Assembly (NCBI GenBank): GCA_036251765.1 | Contig: JAZANL010000025.1 | Coordinates: forward strand, 667-64,666 | Length of the DNA: 64,000 nucleotides | Direction of reading: 5' to 3' | From: Thermoplasmatota archaeon | GTDB taxonomy: Archaea > Thermoplasmatota > Poseidoniia > Poseidoniales > Thalassarchaeaceae | Shown here: piece by piece, positions 10,044 through 18,228 of the stretch | Layout of the letters: each line of letters opens with the position of its first letter | Position numbering within the stretch: position 1 is the first letter of the stretch | Translations under genes and position numbers: made by a program | Notes under the pieces: model-generated | Told to the model about the DNA's origin: nothing | Databases searched by the model: none | Seen by the model: the letters and a program-made list of their open reading frames with translations, nothing else

Positions 10044-10916
10044 TCAGTGCGGCTCCGCAATTCCCTGAACCCAGACGATGAAAAGATGCGCCAATATGAG
10101 AACAGTAACAATTAGCGGTAATACGAAGACATGGAGGAAATACATCCGGACCACTGTCTGCCCTGTTAGGGTCGTCCCCCCGAACATCGCATTAGCGACC
10201 CACTCCCCAACAAGTGGTGTGGCCATTGCCATGTTTATGCCAATCGTAGCCGCACCGAAGGCTAGACTGTCCCATGGAAGTAGATAGCCTGAGTAACCGA
10301 AGAAAATGGAGAAGAACATCAGAGCGACCCCGATTAACCAGTTTAGCTCCCTGGGGTTCCTGTATGCCCCAGTGAAGTAAACTCGGCACATATGGAGGAA
10401 GACCGCAGCCACGAAGAAGTGTGTACCCCAGTGATGGATTGATCTGATGATGTATCCGAAAGGCAACTCCAACATGATGAACTCCATTGACGCATAGGCA
10501 GGGGTCGGATCAGAATTCAGATCCCCTCCCGGTACGTAGTAGAAGCCTAGAATTGTGCCTGTGATCACTAGGATGATGAAAGCGATGAAAGATATCCCGC
10601 CCAAGCAGTATAGGGGATACCAGTACCAGATTATCCTGAGTTTGTATTTCTCGGCATGAGTGAGCGGCATCTGCCTGTGCATGCTGTAGTAAGAGTCCCT
10701 GCTCATTCCCCAGTAATCCTGGATTCTGAATCTTGTGTCCAACCAGGAGAAGGCCCAGAGGAACAACTTCTCTGCGAGACCCATGCTTCCAGCATTCGTC
10801 TCCACTGCCCTAAGTATGTCCTTTCGAGGCATGTCGTCTCGCTCCCTCCTTAGGGTGAATGCGAAAATAACGACAACAACCGCGATGAAAATCCACAAGA
10901 ACCAGAATTGTATCAT
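10044..10916 (-). CDS. Cytochrome b (b6-like N-terminal haem-binding part of a split cytochrome b)
   Basis: 290 aa, polytopic. Conserved His pairs in TM helices ('HHWGTHFFVAAVFLHMCRVYFTGAYR'). Sits immediately upstream of the subunit-IV-like fusion gene. Confidence 0.8.
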   Translation of the reverse strand: MIQFWFLWIFIAVVVVIFAFTLRRERDDMPRKDILRAVETNAGSMGLAEKLFLWAFSWLDTRFRIQDYWGMSRDSYYSMHRQMPLTHAEKYKLRIIWYWYPLYCLGGISFIAFIILVITGTILGFYYVPGGDLNSDPTPAYASMEFIMLELPFGYIIRSIHHWGTHFFVAAVFLHMCRVYFTGAYRNPRELNWLIGVALMFFSIFFGYSGYLLPWDSLAFGAATIGINMAMATPLVGEWVANAMFGGTTLTGQTVVRMYFLHVFVLPLIVTVLILAHLFIVWVQGIAEPH

Positions 10917-10924
10917 TTTTTCAC

Positions 10925-11797
10925 CTAACCGCAGAATGTGTACCAGTCCATGAAGTCTGGAAGGGCCTCTATGGTGCCCCCATTAACAGTGAACGGTATT
11001 AGGGGCATCCCATAAGGTGCAGGGCCACCGGTCTTCTTCACTCCGATGAAATCGAACTCTTGCCCATTTGATCTATTTCTGGCTGTGTTCTTTTCTATCA
11101 CCGTGTGGTCGTACCTACTAGAGTGGCAAATGCAGAACGACTTGTTTCCACTTGAATCGGTTCCGCCGGGCAACCAGCTATCGGCCGTGAAGTCATTGTT
11201 GACTAATTGCCAGCCTGGTATGCAACACAGGTGGGGGCATCTAGCAAAAACGATAATCATGTTATTGTGGATATTAAGTGACGCATATTCCTCCTTTTCC
11301 TCAATCTCGAAACCGGATCCGACATAAGCCCCTCCGGCAGTGTAACCATCCATTAGCTGGAACCGGGGAGTGTCTGCTTCCAATGGTTTGTTCTTGTTCT
11401 CCTCGTGAGGGACATAGGTTGCGATAATCGGCAATCCAGACCATAGGCCGGCAGCCCCTACCATTCCTGTTGTTGAATTTGCGGATTCGTCGATGAACGC
11501 TTGCATGGTCATGGGTTGCTTGTCCATGTTACCATACCAAACATCGGATCCTTTTGGGACATAGAATTTGATCGATGAGTCAGAGCCACCGCCTTCAGCC
11601 TGCCCCATTAGGAATGAGGCAAAACCCACGCCACCCAGTGCGGCTGTTGTAATTAGTCCAGCAGCGGTATTGAATGACAGCCTCATGAACTCCCTCCTGT
11701 CGATGACCCCACTCTTCTCGTGGTGACTCACATTTTGTGTTTCGATCGGACGTAATTTGAACTTCCTCGCCATGGTCAGACCTCGTATTTCTTCCAA
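10925..11797 (-). CDS. Rieske [2Fe-2S] iron-sulfur protein with Tat signal
   Basis: Twin-arginine-type N-terminus 'RREFMRLSF...'. Rieske boxes 'CPHLCC' and 'CICHSSRYD'. Confidence 0.8.
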   Translation of the reverse strand: MEEIRGLTMARKFKLRPIETQNVSHHEKSGVIDRREFMRLSFNTAAGLITTAALGGVGFASFLMGQAEGGGSDSSIKFYVPKGSDVWYGNMDKQPMTMQAFIDESANSTTGMVGAAGLWSGLPIIATYVPHEENKNKPLEADTPRFQLMDGYTAGGAYVGSGFEIEEKEEYASLNIHNNMIIVFARCPHLCCIPGWQLVNNDFTADSWLPGGTDSSGNKSFCICHSSRYDHTVIEKNTARNRSNGQEFDFIGVKKTGGPAPYGMPLIPFTVNGGTIEALPDFMDWYTFCG

Positions 11798-12225
11798 GAA
11801 TTAGTGTCATGGCTAGTGATGTACTTGTTCCTTCTGTGTTTAACAATCACCACATCCGGAAGTACGTACTTCAAGTACACTATCCCCATGATAATCAGGG
11901 TAAGTAGAGTCATTGCCAGATTGAATGAAAGTAACTGCTGGTCCCAATTGTTGTACAAACCGTAAGCCAGTGCGCCAGCCCAATAGAGTGTCCACATTAG
12001 TCCCCATAGGCCGACTAGGATGATTAGCCAAGAGTCACCAGAAGGTGCCAGACTGGCTCTTACTATGGTGCCCGGCTTGACCTCGTTGAAGACACCGTGA
12101 TCAACCGCCGCTGCGAAGGACTCCTCCGTCAGCGTGGCCTCTTCAAGAGCCACTCTGGCGTCCTCGACGCTAACTTCTCCCGACTTAACTTGTCGAAGTA
12201 GCCTCATCACCACATCGTCTTTCAT
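11776..12225 (-). CDS. Small membrane protein (2 TM) of the Rieske/cyt b operon
   Basis: 149 aa. Hydrophilic N-domain followed by two TM helices. Overlaps neighbours by 4-22 nt. Confidence 0.4.
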   Translation of the reverse strand: MKDDVVMRLLRQVKSGEVSVEDARVALEEATLTEESFAAAVDHGVFNEVKPGTIVRASLAPSGDSWLIILVGLWGLMWTLYWAGALAYGLYNNWDQQLLSFNLAMTLLTLIIMGIVYLKYVLPDVVIVKHRRNKYITSHDTNSWKKYEV

Positions 12226-13025
12226 AGTTGATCGCCTCTCCTTAGATGCTTTATTCTTAGCCTCAGTAGATTACTTCTCCCTTCGTAATGCCTGGAGAAA
12301 CCGTATCTCAGGAAAAGCCCACAGAATAGGATTACCAGCATCACGGCCCCAAATCCAAGAAGCCCAAGCCAGTGGGCCAAGAGTTTGGCACCCATGTGAT
12401 GGAGATCAGTGTGACTCTCAACCGGTGCCGGAGGGGTGATGTCCCCATTTCCAGAGAAAACCGTCCTAGTTCTTCCGTTGTCCTCACCTTCGTCGAAGCT
12501 AGTAGTTAGGCGATTCCATCTATCTAGGCTTGATGGCGCCATGTCCCCATTTACCGAATTTCCAGCGACCATGAAGTCTACAGTCCCAGAACCCTCCGCG
12601 GGGCTCACCCACCGGAACAACCATGATCTGTCAGAGGTCCTTGAACCGGCATCTGTGTGAGTAAGTGTGGTCGGGTCATCTTCCCAGTTCTGGACAAGAC
12701 CTTCTGATCCTTCCGAAGGCTCTAGTGAACCAACACTAACTTTCATCGAGAAACCTCCCGTGTAGGACTCAAGATCGGCCTCAGGTCCGCCGATGAGTTG
12801 TAACTTCATCTCATATGCTGTTTCTGGGGCATAATGGAAAGGAACCCCGTCAAGAATCACGGTAACCGAATTGTCCGGCTCCTCAGCATGGCATGTGCAT
12901 CCTGCAAGGGCGACATCGCCCTGTCCATTTGCATTACCCCCCACTCCTGTGTGCAAAGCCTGGCCAGAACCCGCAACAAAAACAGTCACCAAAATAAGTA
13001 CGATTGTTTTCTGTCGCGATGCCAT
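12222..13025 (-). CDS. Secreted, C-terminally membrane-anchored protein; first gene of the Rieske/cyt b operon (possible redox partner)
   Basis: 267 aa. N-terminal signal/TM 'TIVLILVTVFVAGSG'. C-terminal TM 'LLGFGAVMLVILFCGLFL'. Cys pair 'GCTCH' near the N-terminus. Confidence 0.4.
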   Translation of the reverse strand: MASRQKTIVLILVTVFVAGSGQALHTGVGGNANGQGDVALAGCTCHAEEPDNSVTVILDGVPFHYAPETAYEMKLQLIGGPEADLESYTGGFSMKVSVGSLEPSEGSEGLVQNWEDDPTTLTHTDAGSRTSDRSWLFRWVSPAEGSGTVDFMVAGNSVNGDMAPSSLDRWNRLTTSFDEGEDNGRTRTVFSGNGDITPPAPVESHTDLHHMGAKLLAHWLGLLGFGAVMLVILFCGLFLRYGFSRHYEGRSNLLRLRIKHLRRGDQL

Positions 13026-13089
13026 CTTACTTCACCTAGCATCTGCTAATGCCGCTTCCAAAAAAAAGGGGGATATTAACGTTCCACCC

Positions 13090-13106
13090 CGGCCCCTACG
13101 GGGCCG
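13090..13106. promoter_or_regulatory. GC hairpin (CGGCCCC-TAC-GGGGCCG) plus A8/T8 run in the divergent intergenic region between the bc-type operon and the TPR/FtsZ-like pair
   Basis: Perfect 7-bp inverted repeat at 13090-13106. A8 (T8 on the minus strand) at 13062-13069, ~35-42 nt upstream of the minus-strand operon ATG. Confidence 0.25.
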
Positions 13107-13158
13107 AACAAAATTGTCGCTAGAAAAGAACCAAACACCCCTGTTAGGGACGAGTATT

Positions 13159-13464
13159 ATGGGAGCCCCGCGGTGGAAGAACATTTACGATCTCACTCCC
13201 GACCAAATAGAAAAATTGGAGGAAGCCGAGGACAAAATGGAATCCATGGAGATAAACGAATCCGAGAGGATTCTATTGGCTCTTCTGGAGGATGACGAGA
13301 ATTGCATTCCCGTTTTGAATATCCTAGGGCACCTACATGGCCGGTACCTTTCTGATTTTGAAGCATCGATCGAGTACTACGACAGAGTTCTGGAACTTGA
13401 GCCTGATAACGCCTGGGCAAGAGACGAAAGGAGGAGATACAGGCGTTATGTTACATATGATTAG
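13159..13464 (+). CDS. Small TPR-like helical protein, upstream partner of the FtsZ-like gene
   Basis: ~102 aa from the internal Met. TPR-like 'ASIEYYDRVLELEPDNAWAR'. The 5' part of the long ORF overlaps the opposite-strand operon and was discarded. Confidence 0.4.
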   Translation: MGAPRWKNIYDLTPDQIEKLEEAEDKMESMEINESERILLALLEDDENCIPVLNILGHLHGRYLSDFEASIEYYDRVLELEPDNAWARDERRRYRRYVTYD

Positions 13465-13499
13465 AACAGAATAATCTAGTCAGTCGCACGCGGGGCCTC

Positions 13500-14405
13500 A
13501 TGGAGCAAGGCTCTATTCTGATAGTAGGGGTTGGCGGGATAGGTTGCCAGTGGTCCGGAGGGGCCCACGATAAATGCCAAGAGCTAGCAGATCTGCTAAT
13601 GATAGATGCCGATGAATCCTCATTTTCTTCCGAACACGAGGCCCATTGCCTGCACTTAGACGCCAGCGGTAGTGCGAGAGGCGCAGCGGCACTGCCAAAC
13701 CTTGCTGCTCACCGCCTCAACGAGGGCATCGGAAACATCTCCGCGCTATTGGAGAAATCAGAATTAGTAATATTGTTGGCGGCATTAGGCGGTGGGACCG
13801 GTTCGGGGGCAACTGCAGAGATTGCAGCAAAATCACGTGAGTCCGGTAGTTTGGTGATCAGCATAGTTGGAGTGCCATTCGCAGAGCAACCACTAAGATG
13901 CGCAATAGCAGAGAAAGCGCTCCCCGCAATTGAGAGAAATTCAGATTTATGCATTCGAGTGAGTCTCGAGAGGCTCGCTTGGCAGGCCAGGCACCGGGAC
14001 TCGGATTGGAAGCTAGGATCGGAATGGATTGGCGAGCTGATCGAGGGACTCGTGACGACTCTGGCAAGAGTCGGTAAGATGAACCTCGATTTGATGGACC
14101 TGCGGACAGTCGTTGGTAGGCCAGGAAATGCTACTCTAATCGTTGGAAACGGTACTACGGACGATCCTGATGGGGTTGTTAGGATGGCGAGAAACTCCCC
14201 CCTGTCTGAGATTGCTGTAGACGGCGCAAAGGGTTGCCTAATCCAAGTGGAGGGGGGACCAGACATGACTCTCGGCCACCTAAATAGGGTCTCTGAGGCA
14301 TTCGTCTCCACTCTAGATTATGACTGTCAGGTAATACTAGGCGCTAGAGCTAGTGAAGATATGGCAGGACGGCTTCGTCTTGTTGCTGTAGTTAGTGGCC
14401 TCTAG
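13500..14405 (+). CDS. Divergent FtsZ/tubulin-superfamily GTPase
   Basis: 301 aa. T1-like 'ILIVGVGGIGCQW', tubulin signature 'GGGTGSGA', T7-like 'NLDLMDLRTVVG', then '...ATLIVGNG'. Confidence 0.7.
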   Translation: MEQGSILIVGVGGIGCQWSGGAHDKCQELADLLMIDADESSFSSEHEAHCLHLDASGSARGAAALPNLAAHRLNEGIGNISALLEKSELVILLAALGGGTGSGATAEIAAKSRESGSLVISIVGVPFAEQPLRCAIAEKALPAIERNSDLCIRVSLERLAWQARHRDSDWKLGSEWIGELIEGLVTTLARVGKMNLDLMDLRTVVGRPGNATLIVGNGTTDDPDGVVRMARNSPLSEIAVDGAKGCLIQVEGGPDMTLGHLNRVSEAFVSTLDYDCQVILGARASEDMAGRLRLVAVVSGL

Positions 14406-15652
14406 TCCAGCAATTCGACTACTTCATCTTCCACGTTTGTCTGCGAATGAGTTAAATTTTCTACCATCGGCATTTGCTTCGTTTCACCCGCTAATTCTTC
14501 CGGCGTGGATTGATCCACATCTAATACAACCTCACTTTCCGGCCTCCCAGTCCAAGACAAACACATCGGCAAAATCCCCATCATCACCATTGCGGTAATT
14601 GCATGCCCAATTGCCGTTGTTGTAAGTAGACTACCTTCGGATAGTGCAGTTAGTGATGATATGCTGCCTGCATAAATGAATCCGAAACCAATTCCCCAGA
14701 AGACCGCTGATTGTCCTTGAAAGATCTTCCAACCGCCCTTTTCCCCTCTTTTTGCCATTGACCACACTGCTAGAATGATAGAAATTGACATCAATATGCC
14801 TTCTTCAATAAGCATACCTCCCGAACTCTTATCGGCCCAAATCGGGCTTCTTCTCCATGCACCTAGGAGATGCCAACAAGATGTTAGGAAAATGAAGAAA
14901 AATACCTTGTCTAAGGCAACTCCGTCAACCCCTTCCCTGCTTCTAACACTCTTGGTGTAACGATCCAATAATATGCCTAATAAAGCGATTATTAGTAAGA
15001 ATAAAATCCAGTAAATATTCTCAGTAAAACCCGAGTTCCTAGGATCTTCCGCTCCGTATCCAAACCACCAAACCAAGGGAATGAGAACAATAACTGTCAC
15101 CATTGACATACCGAATGAAAAAATCCCCCCAGCTCTACTCTTTCGAGGTGATTGCTGAGCCTTCCTTGAATACACAACCCAACCATAGGCCAGCGAAACC
15201 CCCTGGAAGACAGACATGGCGATGAACATCAGTGCCAGAAATATTCTAGCATTGCCCAACTGCTCGTTACCTAAAACTAAGTTTGAGAGTAGCCAGATAG
15301 TTCCCGCAACTGTAATGATTGGAATTAGCCGGGAAAACCCTCCAAGCCAGTAATTCCGGTTTAGAACTCCATCATCGCTTTTTTGGACTGTAAAAATCCA
15401 TTTTCCCATTCTGCTCGGTGATAGCAATGCAGCAAAGATGTATGATACAGATAGAGAAAGAAAAATGATGCTTCCTTGCATCTCTGAACCAAATAAGTCC
15501 ACCTTCATTGCAATATAGAGAAAACCGGAAAATGCGCCCAATGATAGCAAGTGCGGGAGAGTCGATGGGCTCGAGAAAATTTTGAGCATATTTTCAGGTT
15601 CATGGTCGATTGCCATCCCCGCATCTCTCATATCCTTCCGTGAACCCACCAT
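14402..15652 (-). CDS. Polytopic integral membrane protein (10+ TM), unknown function
   Basis: 416 aa, highly hydrophobic. Convergent with, and overlapping, the FtsZ-like gene stop. Confidence 0.5.
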   Translation of the reverse strand: MVGSRKDMRDAGMAIDHEPENMLKIFSSPSTLPHLLSLGAFSGFLYIAMKVDLFGSEMQGSIIFLSLSVSYIFAALLSPSRMGKWIFTVQKSDDGVLNRNYWLGGFSRLIPIITVAGTIWLLSNLVLGNEQLGNARIFLALMFIAMSVFQGVSLAYGWVVYSRKAQQSPRKSRAGGIFSFGMSMVTVIVLIPLVWWFGYGAEDPRNSGFTENIYWILFLLIIALLGILLDRYTKSVRSREGVDGVALDKVFFFIFLTSCWHLLGAWRRSPIWADKSSGGMLIEEGILMSISIILAVWSMAKRGEKGGWKIFQGQSAVFWGIGFGFIYAGSISSLTALSEGSLLTTTAIGHAITAMVMMGILPMCLSWTGRPESEVVLDVDQSTPEELAGETKQMPMVENLTHSQTNVEDEVVELLD

Positions 15653-15680
15653 TGGTTAAGGTAAACCCCTTCGGAGTGGT

Positions 15681-15998
15681 ATGCCGAAGCCGAAAAAGGC
15701 TGCGAGGGGAAAACACCGATGGATTGGATTCCAGATCGAGAATACTCATTCGAGGGCTGAGCTGAAACGCTCATTGAAAGACGAATTGGACGGTTTTGAA
15801 TGGCGTTTGTTCGATATCTTGGAAGCGGGTGAAAAAACCCTGGCTATTGTTAAAACTCCTCTTGGAAACTTCAAACAAGTTATCTCACAAATTAATAATT
15901 CAGGGTCAATGCAAACTCTAACCAGTTCTGGCAAGATCAGATTGGTCAGAAAACGTCTAGAATCAATGATTGGGGAGTATCCAAAAGATGCCATCTAA
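15681..15998 (+). CDS. rnp2: RNase P protein component Pop5 (Rnp2)
   Basis: 105 aa. 'KHRWIGFQIE' matches the conserved RHRYIAFE N-terminal motif of archaeal Pop5. Size is typical. Confidence 0.6.
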   Translation: MPKPKKAARGKHRWIGFQIENTHSRAELKRSLKDELDGFEWRLFDILEAGEKTLAIVKTPLGNFKQVISQINNSGSMQTLTSSGKIRLVRKRLESMIGEYPKDAI

Positions 15999-17495
15999 GT
16001 CCTCAAAAACGGCCCTTTCCTCTATTCCAACCAATTCCAACTCACCAGACTTATTCATTCCAGTAGGCCTATACATCTCTCCATCAAGGGTTGTCAGAAC
16101 GCCTCTCGAGAGGAATCTGGAAAGTGCTTTCCACGAGGATTGTGAGAGTTTAGCAGAATCCGTAGCTGCAATCATTTTCTTGTTCTCGAAGGTTGAGGAT
16201 ATTGCTCTGTCGACTCTATGAAAAATCTCCAAAAAATCAAGTCCACCAATCGTTTCTTCCCATCCAGAGGCTACAACTCCGCCTTCAGCAAAACCACTCC
16301 TGTTGGCACCAACCCCCACTCTGATGGAGTTATTGTTGGACGATTCAACAAGAACACCCCCGATCTTCACTCCATTTTCATCGACTATGTCATTCGGCCA
16401 TTTCATATCCGCACCCAATACTTCAGAAACGATCGCACCTATGCTAGTCTGAATAAGGCCTGGCGGGATTTTTTCGAGCAATTCAACTTCAAGGGACCAT
16501 GTCGCAAACAACCCCCCCTCCTCGGAAACCCAATCTGAGCCCCTCCTTCCCCTGCCTTTGGTCTGCTTCTTTGATAGGATTCTCTGCCACCCCCCTAGCG
16601 GCAGACTCTCAGCCTCGTCCATGGTCGAGGTGCACGAATCAAGAATTGTCGGAGCCTTTCCAGAACCGGTGCGCCAGAAACCGATAACTTCCAACTTCTC
16701 GTCTCCAAACCTTTCCATCCTCAGTGTTCGCGAAGACCATCCATTTTGCTCCCAGTCGAGAACTCTGCTGCTTCCCACTGGGTCCGTCCTCATCACCAAT
16801 ATTGCCATTATATTTTCAGGCAAATCGCTTCTAGAATTTTCCAATGATTTCAGCAGGACTCCCCCCCATCCGCCCTTCGGAATATCGGCCAACGCCGCCT
16901 CTTCGATCTTCTCTAGTACTCCGAAGTTTTCTTCGTCCTCTTCTAGGTAGGGGAGATTCCAAACAACCAACTCAGTATCTTCGGGGATAGGAAAATCACT
17001 CTCAAAATCTGCTTCGATAATACTGGCCCTATCCGATAGGCCATTCGCCTCTAGGTTCCCCCTAGTACAGGCTACAGCGAATGGATTCACATCGCAAGCG
17101 GTTACTTCCCACCCTAATGCCGAGAGAACCATTGTAACCAGGCCGGACCCGCATCCTATTTCCATGGCCTTGGAATCCGATTTTGCCGATAGTTTGGATA
17201 AGACATCACAAAGCATCAACGTGTCTTCTTTGGGGGGGTAAACGGTAGGTGGCACAATTACATCCCACTCCCCAACGCCTTCAATGCGAACTCTACGATC
17301 TTGCATTGTATTTTTCACTCGTATTCGGGACAAAATTGTTCTGCCCGCGACCATTTCTATCTCAACAACATTTATGTCGCCGACCAACGAAGGATGGATA
17401 GTACCGGCATCCTCCGGTACCTCTCGCAGATTTGCGAGAGCGTTGCTGTGCGCAAGCCTTTTGAACACCCCTAGGGTCGGAGGATAGCCCAGCAT
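15963..17495 (-). CDS. Fusion of a class I SAM-dependent methyltransferase (HemK/PrmC-like) with biotin-protein ligase BirA
   Basis: N-half has 'EIGCGSGLVTMVL' (motif I) and 'VVWNLPY' (NPPY-like motif IV). C-half has 'KGRGRRGSDWVSEEGGLFATW' (BirA GRGRRG motif). Confidence 0.65.
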   Translation of the reverse strand: MLGYPPTLGVFKRLAHSNALANLREVPEDAGTIHPSLVGDINVVEIEMVAGRTILSRIRVKNTMQDRRVRIEGVGEWDVIVPPTVYPPKEDTLMLCDVLSKLSAKSDSKAMEIGCGSGLVTMVLSALGWEVTACDVNPFAVACTRGNLEANGLSDRASIIEADFESDFPIPEDTELVVWNLPYLEEDEENFGVLEKIEEAALADIPKGGWGGVLLKSLENSRSDLPENIMAILVMRTDPVGSSRVLDWEQNGWSSRTLRMERFGDEKLEVIGFWRTGSGKAPTILDSCTSTMDEAESLPLGGWQRILSKKQTKGRGRRGSDWVSEEGGLFATWSLEVELLEKIPPGLIQTSIGAIVSEVLGADMKWPNDIVDENGVKIGGVLVESSNNNSIRVGVGANRSGFAEGGVVASGWEETIGGLDFLEIFHRVDRAISSTFENKKMIAATDSAKLSQSSWKALSRFLSRGVLTTLDGEMYRPTGMNKSGELELVGIEERAVFEDLDGIFWILPNH

Positions 17496-17502
17496 CAGCC
17501 AT

Positions 17503-17576
17503 GGGCCTGTAGCTTAGTCAGGTAGAGCGCCGGGCTTTTAACCCGGTGGCCGGGGGTTCGAATCCCCTCAGGCCCG
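17503..17576 (+). tRNA. tRNA-Lys (anticodon UUU)
   Basis: Cloverleaf folded by hand: acceptor GGGCCUG/CAGGCCC, anticodon stem CCGGG/CCCGG, loop CUUUUAA, T-loop GUUCGAAUC. No encoded CCA. Confidence 0.85.
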
Positions 17577-17624
17577 CCTGATAGGACTGCAGGCTCACGG
17601 TTTTTCTGGGTCGGGGCGGCAAAC

Positions 17625-18212
17625 ATGGCAGTAAAGAGCTCAACAAAAAAGAGATTGATAGAGCTGGGAATTCCAGAGGATCACGCACACAAGTTGGCAG
17701 ACGACGCAAATCTGGATGCAATCAAGAGAATGTCGCGCGAGCAAGTAGCAAAGAAGGTCGACGTAGAGGAGGGCGCATCAGAGCTCGACCACATCATGAC
17801 CGTAATCAGTGAACATGTCGGATCCAGGAAGAGAAGCAAGAGCAATCGAATAACTATCTCTAGGAAGGCCCTATTGGACGAGGACATCCCTACAGGCGAC
17901 TACAGATTCAATGTCCTCAACCACTTCCTGGTTCCTCATCATGAACTGGTCCCGATAGAGTCGGAGGCGGAGGTTCTGGAACCATGGGGCCTAACCACAG
18001 ACGATGCATTTGGAACTGGAAGGCTGGCTAAGGAACTCTTGCCAAAGATTCTGATAACTGATCCTGCAATCCAGGTAATCAAGGAGATGGAGGAATCAGA
18101 GAATGATGAATTGCCAGCCGGCTGGCTCGCAAACAGGGTCGTCAAGATAGTTCGTTACAGCCGTTCAGCTGGAAATTCTGTGGCCTTTCGCTTAATTGTG
18201 GAAAGTGCATAA
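17625..18212 (+). CDS. rpoH: RNA polymerase subunit H (Rpo5) with a ~95-aa N-terminal extension
   Basis: C-terminal ~80 aa match the RpoH core ('HFLVPHHELVP', 'VVKIVRYSRSAGNSVAFRLIV'). Sits directly upstream of rpoB. The N-terminal extension begins 'MAVKSSTKKRLIELGIPEDHAHKLADD'. Confidence 0.75.
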   Translation: MAVKSSTKKRLIELGIPEDHAHKLADDANLDAIKRMSREQVAKKVDVEEGASELDHIMTVISEHVGSRKRSKSNRITISRKALLDEDIPTGDYRFNVLNHFLVPHHELVPIESEAEVLEPWGLTTDDAFGTGRLAKELLPKILITDPAIQVIKEMEESENDELPAGWLANRVVKIVRYSRSAGNSVAFRLIVESA

Positions 18213-18228
18213 TTTTGGAGGTGTAAAT

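Noticed and set aside
12900-12960. 'GCTCH' in the secreted protein as a possible haem-c (CxxCH) site
   Set aside because: The spacing is CxCH (or C-x2-H), not the CxxCH of c-type cytochromes. The cupredoxin C...H...M spacing also does not fit. Left as uncharacterised.
12871-13158. 5' extension of the TPR-like ORF (start at 12871)
   Set aside because: Would overlap the opposite-strand secreted-protein gene by ~150 nt. The translation is Pro/Ala-rich low complexity. The internal Met at 13159 follows an intergenic region.
13709-14311. 200-aa minus-strand ORF antisense to the FtsZ-like gene
   Set aside because: The plus strand has the tubulin signature GGGTGSG and T7-like loop. The antisense translation is Ser/Pro-rich without motifs.
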